From contig CBDATQ010000002.1 in NCBI GenBank assembly GCA_965199955.1, positions 658,867 to 722,866 of the forward strand: DNA of 64,000 nt. The letters run 5' to 3'. How positions within the stretch are numbered: the stretch's first letter is position 1; the number at the start of each line of letters is the position of its first letter. The notes under the pieces were generated by a model, which saw nothing but the letters and a program-made list of their open reading frames with translations, was not told where the DNA came from and did not search any database. The position numbers were made by a program, and so were the translations under genes. The stretch comes from Spirochaetia bacterium. GTDB lineage: Bacteria > Spirochaetota > Spirochaetia > SZUA-6 > Bin103. This document shows positions 1-9,410 of this stretch, in pieces.

Positions 1-95
1 AACTCGTCGCGCAGGTGGTGCACCAGCAATCGCCGCGGCTCGACCTGGTGCTCTGATGTACAGCCGTTGACCGTCATGGTGACCGTTTCAGCCAT
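1..95 (-). CDS. (2Fe-2S)-binding small subunit of a molybdenum hydroxylase, CoxS/CutS-like; 5' part only, runs off the window edge
   Basis: Own translation: MAETVTMTVNGCTSEHQVEPRRLLVHHLRDE, matching the 'TVNG..VEPR.LLVH.LRD' N-terminus of CoxS-type subunits; GAGGGAG RBS upstream. Confidence 0.8.
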   Translation of the reverse strand, partial: MAETVTMTVNGCTSEHQVEPRRLLVHHLRDE

Positions 96-310
96 CGCGT
101 TTACTCCCTCACTCCGGTGGCGTGCCCGGAGTCGGAGTCCGGAAGCCGGTACGCTCACCTGCCGTCAATGATCGTCCGCAAACGCGCGGCGTCAAGTAGT
201 CTAGGAACATCCGGGATCGGCGGAGTCATTTTCGGGCAGTTATGGAGGTCGCGAGATCCAACCGGAGGATGCGGAACCAACCCATCTTCGGACACCGAGG
301 CGGCGAAGGG

Positions 311-355
311 AGGAGAATATATCTTATAATATAATGTTAATGAAGATTAATTAAC
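311..355. promoter_or_regulatory. AT-rich patch with TATAAT hexamers and TTAAT-N5-TTAAT, upstream of the coxS-like gene
   Basis: aggagaatatatcttataatataatgttaatgaagattaattaac in an otherwise GC-rich background. Confidence 0.4.
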
Positions 356-544
356 AGACAGCATTGAGACGCTTCGCGTCCGGCGCGAGCGGGTTGGGCG
401 GGACCTGAGTCGCCTGGAGTTCGGGTGGCGATCGACGGCTGACGATGTTGCGCGGCGCGTCCACGACGCTCAGGACCGTTCGGCAGCCGTGTCCCGGTGC
501 CGCGGCCACGAGCCTGCGGCCCGAGTTCGCCGCGTCAGGGCGAC

Positions 545-2083
545 TCAGTACGAGCGGGCGAACACCACCTCGGCTGCGCCGCGCGCGCCCGTGAAGGCAC
601 ACGTCCGGCCGGCCGGTGAAGTCGCCCCGTTGTCGCCTTCGGAGCTCAGGATGCAGCGCGGGGTGATCTTCAGCCGCTTCAGCAGCTCCTGGAACCCAGG
701 GTCCTCCTCGGCTTCGGCAGCCATCGGGGCGACGGCGAAGCCCGACCGCTCCTCGTCCTGGAAGTACTCCCGCAACGATCCCAGATCCTCGACCTGCTCC
801 GTGTGGGCCTCGCGGAACGCGCGCGCGCGCTCCAGCAGCTCGTCCTGAATCTGGCAGAGCACCACGGGCGCTTCGGCGGCGAAGCGCTCGCGCGGCAGCG
901 ACTGCCGCTCGCGCGGCGGCTGATCGCGGCGCGCCACCGACACCACCCCGGCGTCCAGGTCACGCGGGCCGATCTCGACCCGGATCGGCACGCCCCGCTT
1001 GACGTGGTGCCAGTTCTTCTCGCCGCCGCGCAGGTCGCGGTCGTCGATCTCCACGCGCAGCGGTTCATCGGCATAGCGCGCATCCGTCAGCTCGCGCTTC
1101 AGCGCGTCGCAGGCGCCCAGCACCGCGGTGCGCTGCACGGAATCCTTGTAGATTGGCAGGATGACCACCTGCTGCGGCGCCAGGCGCGGCGGCAGCACCA
1201 CGCCGTCGTCGTCGCCGTGCGTCATGATCAGGCCGCCGACCAGCCGCGTGGACACCCCCCACGAGGTGGTCCAGGCGTGCACCAGGGAGCCGTCGCGGTC
1301 GCTGAAGCTGATGTCGCAGGCCTTGGCGAAGTTCTGCCCCAGGAAGTGGGAGGTGCCGGCCTGCAGGGCCTTGCGGTCCTGCATCATCGCCTCGATGGCG
1401 TAGGTGTTGACCGCGCCGGGGAAGCGCTCCCCCGCGGTCTTCTCGCCGCGCAGCACCGGCATCGCCATGTACTGCTCGGCGAAATCCGCGTACACGCCGA
1501 GCATGAGCAGGGTTTCTTCGACTGCCTCCTCCGCGGTCGCATGGACGGTGTGCCCTTCCTGCCACAGGAACTCGGCGGTGCGCAGGAACAGCCGAGGGCG
1601 CAGCTCCCAGCGCACGACGTTCGCCCATTGGTTGATCAGGATCGGCAGGTCCCGGTAGGACTGCACCCACTTGGCGTACATCTCGCCGATGATCGTCTCG
1701 CTGGTGGGCCGCACCACGTACGGCTCGTCCAGCTCGCCCGCCGGCACCAGCCCGCCTTCCGGTCCCGGCTCCAGCCGATGGTGGGTCACCACCGCGCACT
1801 CCTTGGCGAACCCCTCGATGTGCTCGGCCTCCCGCTCCAGGTAGCGCAGCGGGATGAACAGCGGGAAGTAGGCATTGGTGTGGCCGGTGTCCTTGAACAT
1901 GCCGTCGAGCACGCGCTGCATGTTCTCCCACAGCGCGTAGCCCCACGGCTTGATCACCATGCAGCCGCGCACCGGCGACAATTCCGCCAGGTCGGCGGCG
2001 CGCACCACCTGCTGATACCACTCCGCGTAGTTCTCGTCGCGAGTCGGCGAGATCGCCGTCCGCGTGGATCGTCCCTTTGCCAT
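545..2083 (-). CDS. proS: Proline--tRNA ligase, archaeal/eukaryotic type (no INS editing domain)
   Basis: VRGCMVIKPWG, RPTSETII, QWANVVRWE, FLRTAEFLWQEGHT, ALQAGTSHFLGQNF, TSWGVSTRLVG, C-terminal FARSY; start taken at MAKGRS. Confidence 0.96.
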   Translation of the reverse strand: MAKGRSTRTAISPTRDENYAEWYQQVVRAADLAELSPVRGCMVIKPWGYALWENMQRVLDGMFKDTGHTNAYFPLFIPLRYLEREAEHIEGFAKECAVVTHHRLEPGPEGGLVPAGELDEPYVVRPTSETIIGEMYAKWVQSYRDLPILINQWANVVRWELRPRLFLRTAEFLWQEGHTVHATAEEAVEETLLMLGVYADFAEQYMAMPVLRGEKTAGERFPGAVNTYAIEAMMQDRKALQAGTSHFLGQNFAKACDISFSDRDGSLVHAWTTSWGVSTRLVGGLIMTHGDDDGVVLPPRLAPQQVVILPIYKDSVQRTAVLGACDALKRELTDARYADEPLRVEIDDRDLRGGEKNWHHVKRGVPIRVEIGPRDLDAGVVSVARRDQPPRERQSLPRERFAAEAPVVLCQIQDELLERARAFREAHTEQVEDLGSLREYFQDEERSGFAVAPMAAEAEEDPGFQELLKRLKITPRCILSSEGDNGATSPAGRTCAFTGARGAAEVVFARSY

Positions 2084-2226
2084 GATTCGTGTGGGTCGGA
2101 GTCTGTCGAACTTGCCGCGTGAGCGGCAAGGACCGACAGCCGCCGAGCCGAAAGCAAGGTGGGGCCGATACGCGCGGGTATTGGGGCGGCTGGAAGAAAG
2201 ATGCTGCACCGGCGATGCTGTCGCCG

Positions 2227-3702
2227 ATGAGCAACGCTGACGGAGCCCGCCGCCCCAACATCATCCTGATCATCACCGATCAGCAGCGCTACGAGACGGT
2301 GGGCGCGTTGGGGTATCCCCACGTCGACACGCCGCACGTCGACCGGCTGGTGCGCGAGGGAGTGAGCTTCTCGCAGTGCCACGTGACCGCGCCGTCGTGC
2401 GGCCCGTCGCGGGCCAGCCTGTTCACGGGCTTCTATCCGCACAACGCCGGCGCCCTGCGCAACAACGACCCGTGGCCGCGGACCTGGGTCGGCGACCTGC
2501 GAGCGGCCGGCTATCACTGCGTCAACGTGGGCAAGATGCACGCCACGCCGTACGAGGAGATGCACGGATTCCACGAGCGGTTCGTGGTGGAGAACAAGCA
2601 GCGCCGCCGCGCGGAGCGGCTGTGGAGCGGCGATCGTCACGTGCTCGACGACGAGTGGGACAAGGCGCTGGCCGTGCACGGACTGGAGCGGCCGGAGAGG
2701 CCGTTCTACCAGGCGTGGCCGGACGTCGGAGAGCGGCAGGGCGCCTACGAATGGCGGCTGCCGGAGGAGCTCCATCCCGACGTGTTCGTGGGCGGGTTGG
2801 CGCGCCGCTGGATCGACCGGGCGCCGGACATGGACGACGAGCCGCTCTTCCTGCAGATCGGCTTTCCCGGTCCGCATCCGCCGTACGACCCGATCGAGCG
2901 CTACGCACAGCCGTACCTGCAGCGCGAACTGCCCATCCTGCCGGCCACGCGGGCGGAGATCGACCGGCAGCCGTCGACCCTGCACGCGCTGCGCGCCCGC
3001 CTGACCGAGCGCATGGCCGACTCCATCGCCTTCGATCCGCTCGCGCCCGCGGAGCAGCGGCACCGGCAGCGCGCCTACTACCTGGCCAACATGACCATGA
3101 TCGACGAGCAGGTGGGCGCCATCCTGGAGCACTTGGAAGCCCGCGGGTTCCTGGACGACGCGGTGGTGATCTTCACGTCCGATCACGGCGACTGCCTGGG
3201 CGACCACGGCCTGGTGGAGAAGTGGAACATGTACGACTCGTCCGTGCGGGTGCCGCTGGTGGTGTGGAGCCCCGGCCGCTTCGGCGGGGGCCGCACCTGC
3301 GACGCCCTGACGCAGTGGTTCGACATCGGCCCCACGGTGCTGGAGCTGGCCGGCGTCGCGCCGCACGCGAAGATGGAGGCCGTGTCGCTGCTGCCGCACC
3401 TGCAGGACCGCCCGGACGCGGAGCGGCGGCGCTACGTGTACTCCGAGCACGCCACCGACTTCATTCTGCGGGCGGTCGGGCACCTGTTGATGGTGCGCGA
3501 CGAGCGCTACAAGCTGGTCGAGTACTTGGGCACCGGCGAGGGGCAGCTCTTCGACCTGAAGGCCGACCCCGACGAGCTCGACGACCTGTGGTTCGACGGC
3601 GCCTGCCGGCGAATCAGGGACGAGCTCCGGGAGCGACTGCAGCGGTGGTTCGTGACCAGCACGATCGCTGCTTCCGGCTGGTGGAAGCCGGCAAGACCAT
3701 GA
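2227..3702 (+). CDS. Sulfatase-like hydrolase (formylglycine-dependent family)
   Basis: RPNIILIITDQQR, CGPSRASLFTG (CxPxR), GKMH, PHPPY, FTSDHG, RVPL, DPDE. Confidence 0.92.
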   Translation: MSNADGARRPNIILIITDQQRYETVGALGYPHVDTPHVDRLVREGVSFSQCHVTAPSCGPSRASLFTGFYPHNAGALRNNDPWPRTWVGDLRAAGYHCVNVGKMHATPYEEMHGFHERFVVENKQRRRAERLWSGDRHVLDDEWDKALAVHGLERPERPFYQAWPDVGERQGAYEWRLPEELHPDVFVGGLARRWIDRAPDMDDEPLFLQIGFPGPHPPYDPIERYAQPYLQRELPILPATRAEIDRQPSTLHALRARLTERMADSIAFDPLAPAEQRHRQRAYYLANMTMIDEQVGAILEHLEARGFLDDAVVIFTSDHGDCLGDHGLVEKWNMYDSSVRVPLVVWSPGRFGGGRTCDALTQWFDIGPTVLELAGVAPHAKMEAVSLLPHLQDRPDAERRRYVYSEHATDFILRAVGHLLMVRDERYKLVEYLGTGEGQLFDLKADPDELDDLWFDGACRRIRDELRERLQRWFVTSTIAASGWWKPARP

Positions 3703-3735
3703 CGAGGCGACACGGGACCGAGGAGGAAGTGAGCC

Positions 3736-4992
3736 ATGGACGGAGGTAACGGAACGGCGGGCAACGGTCTCGCCGCGGACATCGATCGCGACCGGTTTCT
3801 CCGCGAGGGATTCCTGATCGTTCCGGCGGTGATCGAACCGGCGCGGCTTCCCGAGGTGCGCCGCGCCTACGAGATCCTGATGGAGCGCCAGAGGGCGGTG
3901 TGGGCCGCCGAGCGCGCACCCGACGATCCGCCCGGCGGCATGTGGGAGACCGCGCGGCAGCCGCGCCTGCACCTATCGCGCGAGCTTGGCGCGCAGGTGG
4001 ACGGGAGCTGCGCGGCGGCGGTCGAGGTATGGACCCGCGACCGGCTGCGCGCGGTGGCCGACCGGCTGCTGGGCGTCGAGGACGCGGGCGTCACCGAGCT
4101 GATGATGATGTGCAGCCCGGTGCGCGACCACGGCCCGGCCAACTGGCACCGCGACATCCACCCGATCGACACCGCGCCCCTGCGCGGCTACATCGATGAC
4201 ATCGTCGAGAACGGGCCGTCCTACATCCAGTGGAACATCCCGCTGTACGACGACGACGTGCTGTGGGTCATGCCGGGAACGCACGTCCGCGTGAATACCG
4301 AGCAGGAGAACCGCCTGTTGCTGGAGGACGACCGCCGGCCGCTGCCGGACGCCGTGCAGACCCGTCTGCGTGCCGGCGACGGCGTCGTCTACATCACGCC
4401 GATCCTGCACTGGGGTAGCAACTACAGTGCCCGGCTGCGCCGCACCGTGCACGGCGGCTTCTCGCCCTTCGCGCTGCGGGAGGACGATCCGTTCGTCGCT
4501 CATCTGCAGCCGCCGGCGCAGGAGATCTTCCGGCGCTGGCAACGCGCGAGCGACGCCAAGAAGAACCGCACGGAGGGGGCGCTGCGCGCGGCGCTGGCCG
4601 GCGACGCTACCGCCTACGACCGGGCCCTGTCGGAGCTGCGGCCCGGCGTGGCGGAGAAGGGCAAGCTGCTGCAGACGGTGTTCCTGACCAAGGCGGCGCT
4701 ATTCATCCGCCTCCGCAAGCGGCCGGAGATGCGGTCCACCGTCCCCGAGCGGGTCGCAGTCGCAAGCGCCACCCAGCACCCGATCACGCTGAACTGGGGT
4801 CCGTGGTTCGCGGAACGGTTCACCGCCGAGGAGGCAGATCTCCTGTGGCAGCGTTTCGCGCCGATGGAAGCACGACTGAACGGCGACGAAGAGGGCTTCA
4901 TGCCGGGCTTCCAGGCCGAGCGCATGCGCCACTCGTTCGTGGACATGCCGGCGGCCTTCGGCGTCGCCGAGCTCACCGCCACGTGGTCGTGA
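3736..4992 (+). CDS. Phytanoyl-CoA dioxygenase (PhyH) family protein with C-terminal extension
   Basis: FLREGFLI, WHRD, VMPGTH, AGDGV..ILHWG, RRTVH; GAGGAGG RBS. Confidence 0.82.
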   Translation: MDGGNGTAGNGLAADIDRDRFLREGFLIVPAVIEPARLPEVRRAYEILMERQRAVWAAERAPDDPPGGMWETARQPRLHLSRELGAQVDGSCAAAVEVWTRDRLRAVADRLLGVEDAGVTELMMMCSPVRDHGPANWHRDIHPIDTAPLRGYIDDIVENGPSYIQWNIPLYDDDVLWVMPGTHVRVNTEQENRLLLEDDRRPLPDAVQTRLRAGDGVVYITPILHWGSNYSARLRRTVHGGFSPFALREDDPFVAHLQPPAQEIFRRWQRASDAKKNRTEGALRAALAGDATAYDRALSELRPGVAEKGKLLQTVFLTKAALFIRLRKRPEMRSTVPERVAVASATQHPITLNWGPWFAERFTAEEADLLWQRFAPMEARLNGDEEGFMPGFQAERMRHSFVDMPAAFGVAELTATWS

Positions 4993-5003
4993 CGAGGGGA
5001 ACG

Positions 5004-5301
5004 TTAAGTCGCTCTTGGCAAGCCATTCCTTGATCGCTTGAGCGGTCTGTTCGACGAGGGTGCGCATCGGCAGGCACCAAACCAGCCGCCGCGGCGTGCC
5101 TGCCGGGTTCCGCAGACGGTGCGCGATCCAGCCGAGCGTCACCCCGGCCGTCTTGCCTGAGCCCCGTGGGGGCAACCAGGACGCGCGGCCCACCGCATCG
5201 GTAGCAAACTTCAACTGCCAATCATACGCATCCGCGCCGTCGCCGAATACGGTTCGATAGATGGTTGCTCCGTCCACGACTACGGCACCATCCCGGCTCA
5301 C
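5004..5301 (-). pseudogene. cas3: 5' fragment of a CRISPR-associated Cas3 helicase (helicase-first, type I-G/I-U-like)
   Basis: AYDWQ (Q motif), APTG/SGKTAG (Walker A, locally frameshifted), TPRRLVWCLPMRTLVEQT; similarity ends after about 90 codons. Confidence 0.78.
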
Positions 5302-5373
5302 CTTAACTACTGAGAATTATAATAACTAATGGGAATTATATACCAAGGTGCCATGAATACAATAATTCCCTTA
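5301..5373 (-). promoter_or_regulatory. AT-rich sigma70-like promoter with inverted repeat, pointing into the cas3 stub
   Basis: Minus strand TTGTAT-N16-TATAAT plus a second TATAAT; GGGAATTAT (5331-5339) and ATAATTCCC (5362-5370) form an inverted repeat; a third half-site GAGAATTAT lies at 5312-5320. Confidence 0.6.
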
Positions 5374-6675
5374 CTACTCCGGTTTCTCTCCGCTACCCGT
5401 CCCGCGCGGCGTCTGTTCGGTCGGCACGCTCTCCAGATCGCAGTCTCCGGCAAGGGCGGACAGCGTTCTCTGGCGGGTCAGTTCTCCCAGCAAGCGGCGT
5501 TCGGCGTCGAGTATCGGGATCGGCAGGCGGCTGTCGGCCACGACCGCCAGGAGCTCGTCCAGGCACTGGTCGCCTTGGGCCGTCGGGGTGTTGTCGCGCA
5601 GGATCTTCCGAAGATCCCGATCTCCGCGTATGACGGCATCCGGCACGTCGTCGACTTCCACGTAGCCGCGATAGCGGCTCTCCCCTTCGGTCACGAACTC
5701 GATTCTCCGGCCGTTGCCGTACGTCTCGGCCAGCGCCTTGTCGGGCGAGGTGTCCACGTCCAGCGCGGTGACCTTCTCCATCGTCGCCCAGGCGGTCAGG
5801 ACGCGCGAGCGGTTGACGTCGCGCACGAACTCCTGGACGTAGTCGTCCGCCGGGTTGGTGATGATGTCGATGGGCGCGCCGACCTGCACGGCCTTGCCGT
5901 CCTTGAGGATGGCGACGTGGTCGCCGAGGCGCAACGCCTCGTCCAGGTCGTGGGTGATGAACACTATCGTCTTGCGCAGGTCGCGCTGCAGGCGGATCAG
6001 CTCGTCCTGCATGTCGCGCCGGATCAGAGGGTCCAGCGCGCTGAACGGCTCGTCCATCAGCAGGATCTCCGGGTCGGTGCAGAGCGCCCGCGCCAGGCCG
6101 ACGCGCTGCTGCATGCCTCCCGAGAGCTGGCGCGGCCGCATGCGCTCGTAGCCCTGCAGCCCGACGACCTCGATCCACCGGGCGGCGCGCTCCAGGCGTT
6201 CCTCCTTGGGCATGCCCTGAACCCTCAGGCCGTATGCCACATTCTGGACCACGTTCCGGTGCGGGAGCAGTCCGAAGCTCTGGAACACCATGCTCATCCT
6301 GGTGCGCCGCAGCTCCGTGATCTCCGCGGCGTCCATCTCCACGACATTAGCCCCATCGATCAGCACTTGGCCGGCGGTCGGATCGATGAGCCGGTTCACG
6401 CAGCGCACGAAGGTGGACTTGCCGCTGCCGGACAGGCCCATCACCACGAAGGTCTCCGCGCCCCTGATCCGCAGTGTGACGTTGTCCAGCCCGACCGTGT
6501 GGCCGGTCTGCTCCAGGATGTCTTCCTTGCTCACACCCGCGTCGACCTGCGCCATCACTTCCTGCGGACGTTGGCCGAAGATCTTGTACAAGTGGCGTAC
6601 TTCGATGTCGCTCGGGTCGGCGATGCCGTTGCCCGAGCCGGCGCCGTTGTCAGGTCCCACTGTGGTGTTCTCCAT
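5374..6675 (-). CDS. proV: Glycine betaine/L-proline ABC transporter ATP-binding protein (ProV/OpuAA) with CBS-like tail
   Basis: GLSGSGKST, LSGGMQQRVGLARAL, LLMDEPFSALDPLIR, ITHDLDEA. Confidence 0.92.
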   Translation of the reverse strand: MENTTVGPDNGAGSGNGIADPSDIEVRHLYKIFGQRPQEVMAQVDAGVSKEDILEQTGHTVGLDNVTLRIRGAETFVVMGLSGSGKSTFVRCVNRLIDPTAGQVLIDGANVVEMDAAEITELRRTRMSMVFQSFGLLPHRNVVQNVAYGLRVQGMPKEERLERAARWIEVVGLQGYERMRPRQLSGGMQQRVGLARALCTDPEILLMDEPFSALDPLIRRDMQDELIRLQRDLRKTIVFITHDLDEALRLGDHVAILKDGKAVQVGAPIDIITNPADDYVQEFVRDVNRSRVLTAWATMEKVTALDVDTSPDKALAETYGNGRRIEFVTEGESRYRGYVEVDDVPDAVIRGDRDLRKILRDNTPTAQGDQCLDELLAVVADSRLPIPILDAERRLLGELTRQRTLSALAGDCDLESVPTEQTPRGTGSGEKPE

Positions 6676-6681
6676 TGCGGC

Positions 6682-7593
6682 CTAGGTTTTCAGGGCCTGC
6701 GTCGGGTCCAGACGAGCGCCATAGGCGGCCGTCACGCGATCCAGAATCACGGCCAGGGCCAGGACGGCGAGACCGGACTCCAGCCCGAACCCGACGTCGC
6801 CGTTGTTGACCCCGCGCAGCACGTTGGCCCCCAGGCCGCGGGCGCCGATCATGGAGGCGATCACGGCCATCGCCAGCGCCATCATGATCGACTGGTTGAC
6901 GCCGGTCATGATGGCCGGCATCGCCAGCGGCATGCGCACGCCCCAGAGGATCTGGCGGCTGGTCGCCCCGAACGCGTCCGCCGCCTCGACGGTGGACCGG
7001 TCCACCAGGCGGATGCCCAGGTTGGTGAGCCGCACCATCGGCGGCACGGCGTACACGCAGATCGCGAAGATCGCCGAAACGTTGCCGAGCCCCAGAAAGA
7101 ACACCACCGGAATCAGGTAGACGAACGGCGGCAGGGTCTGCATCGCGTCAAGGATCGGGCTGATGACCGCGCGCACCCACCGATTGGTGGCCATCAGGAT
7201 GCCGGCGGGTATGCCGGTCACCACCGTGATCGAGGTGGCGACGAGCATCAGGGCCAGCGTCCGCATCGTGTCGTCCCAGAGGTTCATCATCCCGATGACG
7301 ACGAGGGAGGCCACCAGCCCGAGGGTCATGAGCCCATGTCGCGACGCGTGCCACGAAACCAGGCCGATGACCGCGACGATCAGCCACCACGGCACCCAGA
7401 GCAGCGAAAGCTCGACATACCGGAGTACCAGCAGCAACTGGTCACTGATGGCATCGACGACGGTGCCGAATTCACGCAGCAGGAACTTCAGCGCGTCGTT
7501 GGTCCACTCCCGGAGCGGGATCTGGCACCCTTCGGGGAAGGTGCTGAGAATGCCGCCGAGACTGCCGGCGCACTCTTGAAACCACGTGCCCAT
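6682..7593 (-). CDS. proW: Glycine betaine/proline ABC transporter permease
   Basis: PILDAMQTLPPFVYLIP, PPMVRLTNLGIR, EAADAFGA, GVNQSIMMALAM. Confidence 0.92.
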   Translation of the reverse strand: MGTWFQECAGSLGGILSTFPEGCQIPLREWTNDALKFLLREFGTVVDAISDQLLLVLRYVELSLLWVPWWLIVAVIGLVSWHASRHGLMTLGLVASLVVIGMMNLWDDTMRTLALMLVATSITVVTGIPAGILMATNRWVRAVISPILDAMQTLPPFVYLIPVVFFLGLGNVSAIFAICVYAVPPMVRLTNLGIRLVDRSTVEAADAFGATSRQILWGVRMPLAMPAIMTGVNQSIMMALAMAVIASMIGARGLGANVLRGVNNGDVGFGLESGLAVLALAVILDRVTAAYGARLDPTQALKT

Positions 7594-7656
7594 ATCAGCA
7601 AAGAGCCGTCATGGCGATGTCGAGGATGCTGCGTGGGTCCACTCGCTCAGATGCAG

Positions 7657-7687
7657 GAACGGGGGTGCCAGTGTGGCACCCCCGTTC
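7657..7687. terminator. Perfect 14-bp stem-loop between proX and proW (mRNA stabiliser or partial terminator)
   Basis: GAACGGGGGTGCCA-gtg-TGGCACCCCCGTTC. Confidence 0.6.
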
Positions 7688-7736
7688 AGCGTCACTCACA
7701 TCGTGTGTGCCGACAGGCGTCGGCCTCTCTAGTTCC

Positions 7737-8801
7737 CTAGTTGAGGGAAGCCTGGATGCGTCCGGCGACCTCATCGGACACCCACGCACTCCACACCTCC
7801 ATCTCGTTCATGAGGAACTCGCGAGCCGCGTCGACTGCGTCGACTTCGTTGGACATCATCTGCAGATAGGGGGCCAACTCCTGCAGGGTGACTGCATAGG
7901 CATCCAGGAAGGCGACCATCCCCTCGGAGGCGGCCTCCGAGAAGTCCTTGCTCAGTGCCACATGGAGAACGGAGGTTGGAAATGCGCATCCGCGGTCGCC
8001 GTCCACCCAGCACTCGTCCGAGTACGCCGGCTCCTCCAAGACCACCATGTCGTAGGTCCCGAGCACCCATGTTGGGCTCCAGTAGTAGCCGAGCCAGGGC
8101 TCGCCCTTTTCGTACGCACCGATGAGCGAGGCCGCCAAGGCTGCTGAGGTGCCCGGCCTGAAGTTCGTGAAGTGCTCGTCCAGTCCGTACGTCGCCATCT
8201 TGTCGTTGTTGACGACCTCGCACTGCCAGCCGATGACGCAGTTGTAGAAGCGGCCCTTGCTGGGCTCTTCGGGATCCTTGAACAGCTCGGCGTAGCGAGG
8301 CAGATCGTCGATCGACTTCAGGTCCGGAGCCATCGGCTCGATGCCGCGATCTGCGTCGCCCTCGATCACGAAGCGTGGCACCAGGAACGAGAACTCACCG
8401 GCTCCGTCCATGCTCATGCCGAGGTCGATTACGTCACCGGCGTCAGCCGCTTCAAAGTAGACGTCTGGTGCAGTGTTGAACCAGATCTCCATGTTGATGT
8501 CGATGTCGCCGCGCACCAGTCCCTGGACCATGGGAATGGTCGCTCCCGGGATGTCCGTGTACTCGCAGCCAAATCCGGCCTGAAGGATCTGCCCGGATAT
8601 GTGGTTCTGGAGCTGAGCGCTCGCCCAGTTGAGCCCGGCGAACACCAGTTCGCGGCCGAGGCCGTTGCAGTCCTCCGTGTCGGCGACTGCGATCGGCGCC
8701 ACCAGGGCGATGCCGATCAGGGCGATGAGGAGCCTTCGGGGCCCTCTACGAGCTAAGCTTTCTGTCGAATCCGAATCTGTGGATGTAGACATAACGCTCA
8801 T
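7737..8801 (-). CDS. proX: Glycine betaine ABC transporter substrate-binding protein (ProX-like); start uncertain
   Basis: Signal-peptide-like segment, FAGLNWASA, RGDIDINMEIW, KGRFYNCVIGWQC, GYYWSPTW; first gene of the proXWV order. Confidence 0.88.
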   Translation of the reverse strand: MSVMSTSTDSDSTESLARRGPRRLLIALIGIALVAPIAVADTEDCNGLGRELVFAGLNWASAQLQNHISGQILQAGFGCEYTDIPGATIPMVQGLVRGDIDINMEIWFNTAPDVYFEAADAGDVIDLGMSMDGAGEFSFLVPRFVIEGDADRGIEPMAPDLKSIDDLPRYAELFKDPEEPSKGRFYNCVIGWQCEVVNNDKMATYGLDEHFTNFRPGTSAALAASLIGAYEKGEPWLGYYWSPTWVLGTYDMVVLEEPAYSDECWVDGDRGCAFPTSVLHVALSKDFSEAASEGMVAFLDAYAVTLQELAPYLQMMSNEVDAVDAAREFLMNEMEVWSAWVSDEVAGRIQASLN

Positions 8802-8873
8802 GATCGTGGCATGGCTGGCGCGGGGGTGCAAGGCGCCGCCGCCGGCGATCGCCGATCAGCATCATCGATCGGG

Positions 8874-9254
8874 TAACGTCAGGCAGTGATGGATGTTACG
8901 CGGGAGGACGGGCGGCAGAATCGTTCGAGGATCGATCGCCGTTCCGGGGTCAGGCGGCGCATCAGCGCCGCCGACGGCTCGTAGTTGAAGCGGGTGCGCA
9001 CGAATCGCACGGAGTACCGGTACCGCACGGTGCGGCGGTAGCCGGCACTGGTGCGTCGCGCCGAACCGTGCGTGCCCCGCGTCGGCGAACAGCGGGGCGT
9101 TGCCGGCCTCCACGCAGACCTCCTGCGTGACCAGCGCGGTGCCGGCCGCCTCCCGTTTGTGGCTGGCTGTGGCTAGGGGCGCCGTCGACTGCCAGCCTGG
9201 GACGGGTCTGGGTCACGTTGTGACTGCCCGGAACCAGCACCGTGGGACCGTCGC
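8874..9254 (-). pseudogene. Degenerate direct-repeat copy of the 3' end and downstream flank of the phyH gene at 10868-11251
   Basis: Aligns by eye over about 380 bp, with long identical runs (e.g. ttgtgactgcccggaaccagcaccgtgggaccgtcgc) plus substitutions and indels. Confidence 0.88.
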
Positions 9255-9410
9255 GGAGGCGATGCTCGTAATCCAGGGAGGCTCGGTGGGCGATCCGTGG
9301 GGCGCGATTGTCCCCTAAGACGGTGCGGCGAGGCATGCCGGGCGATGAGCCTGACACAGGCACGCCCCGTAGGAGGACGCTGGCGAGCGGATCGGAGTGC
9401 CGAGCTGCGG

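Noticed and set aside
5004-5373. CRISPR array or leader beside the cas3 stub
   Set aside because: No regularly spaced repeats are visible here or anywhere in the window; the AT-rich stretch fits a promoter.
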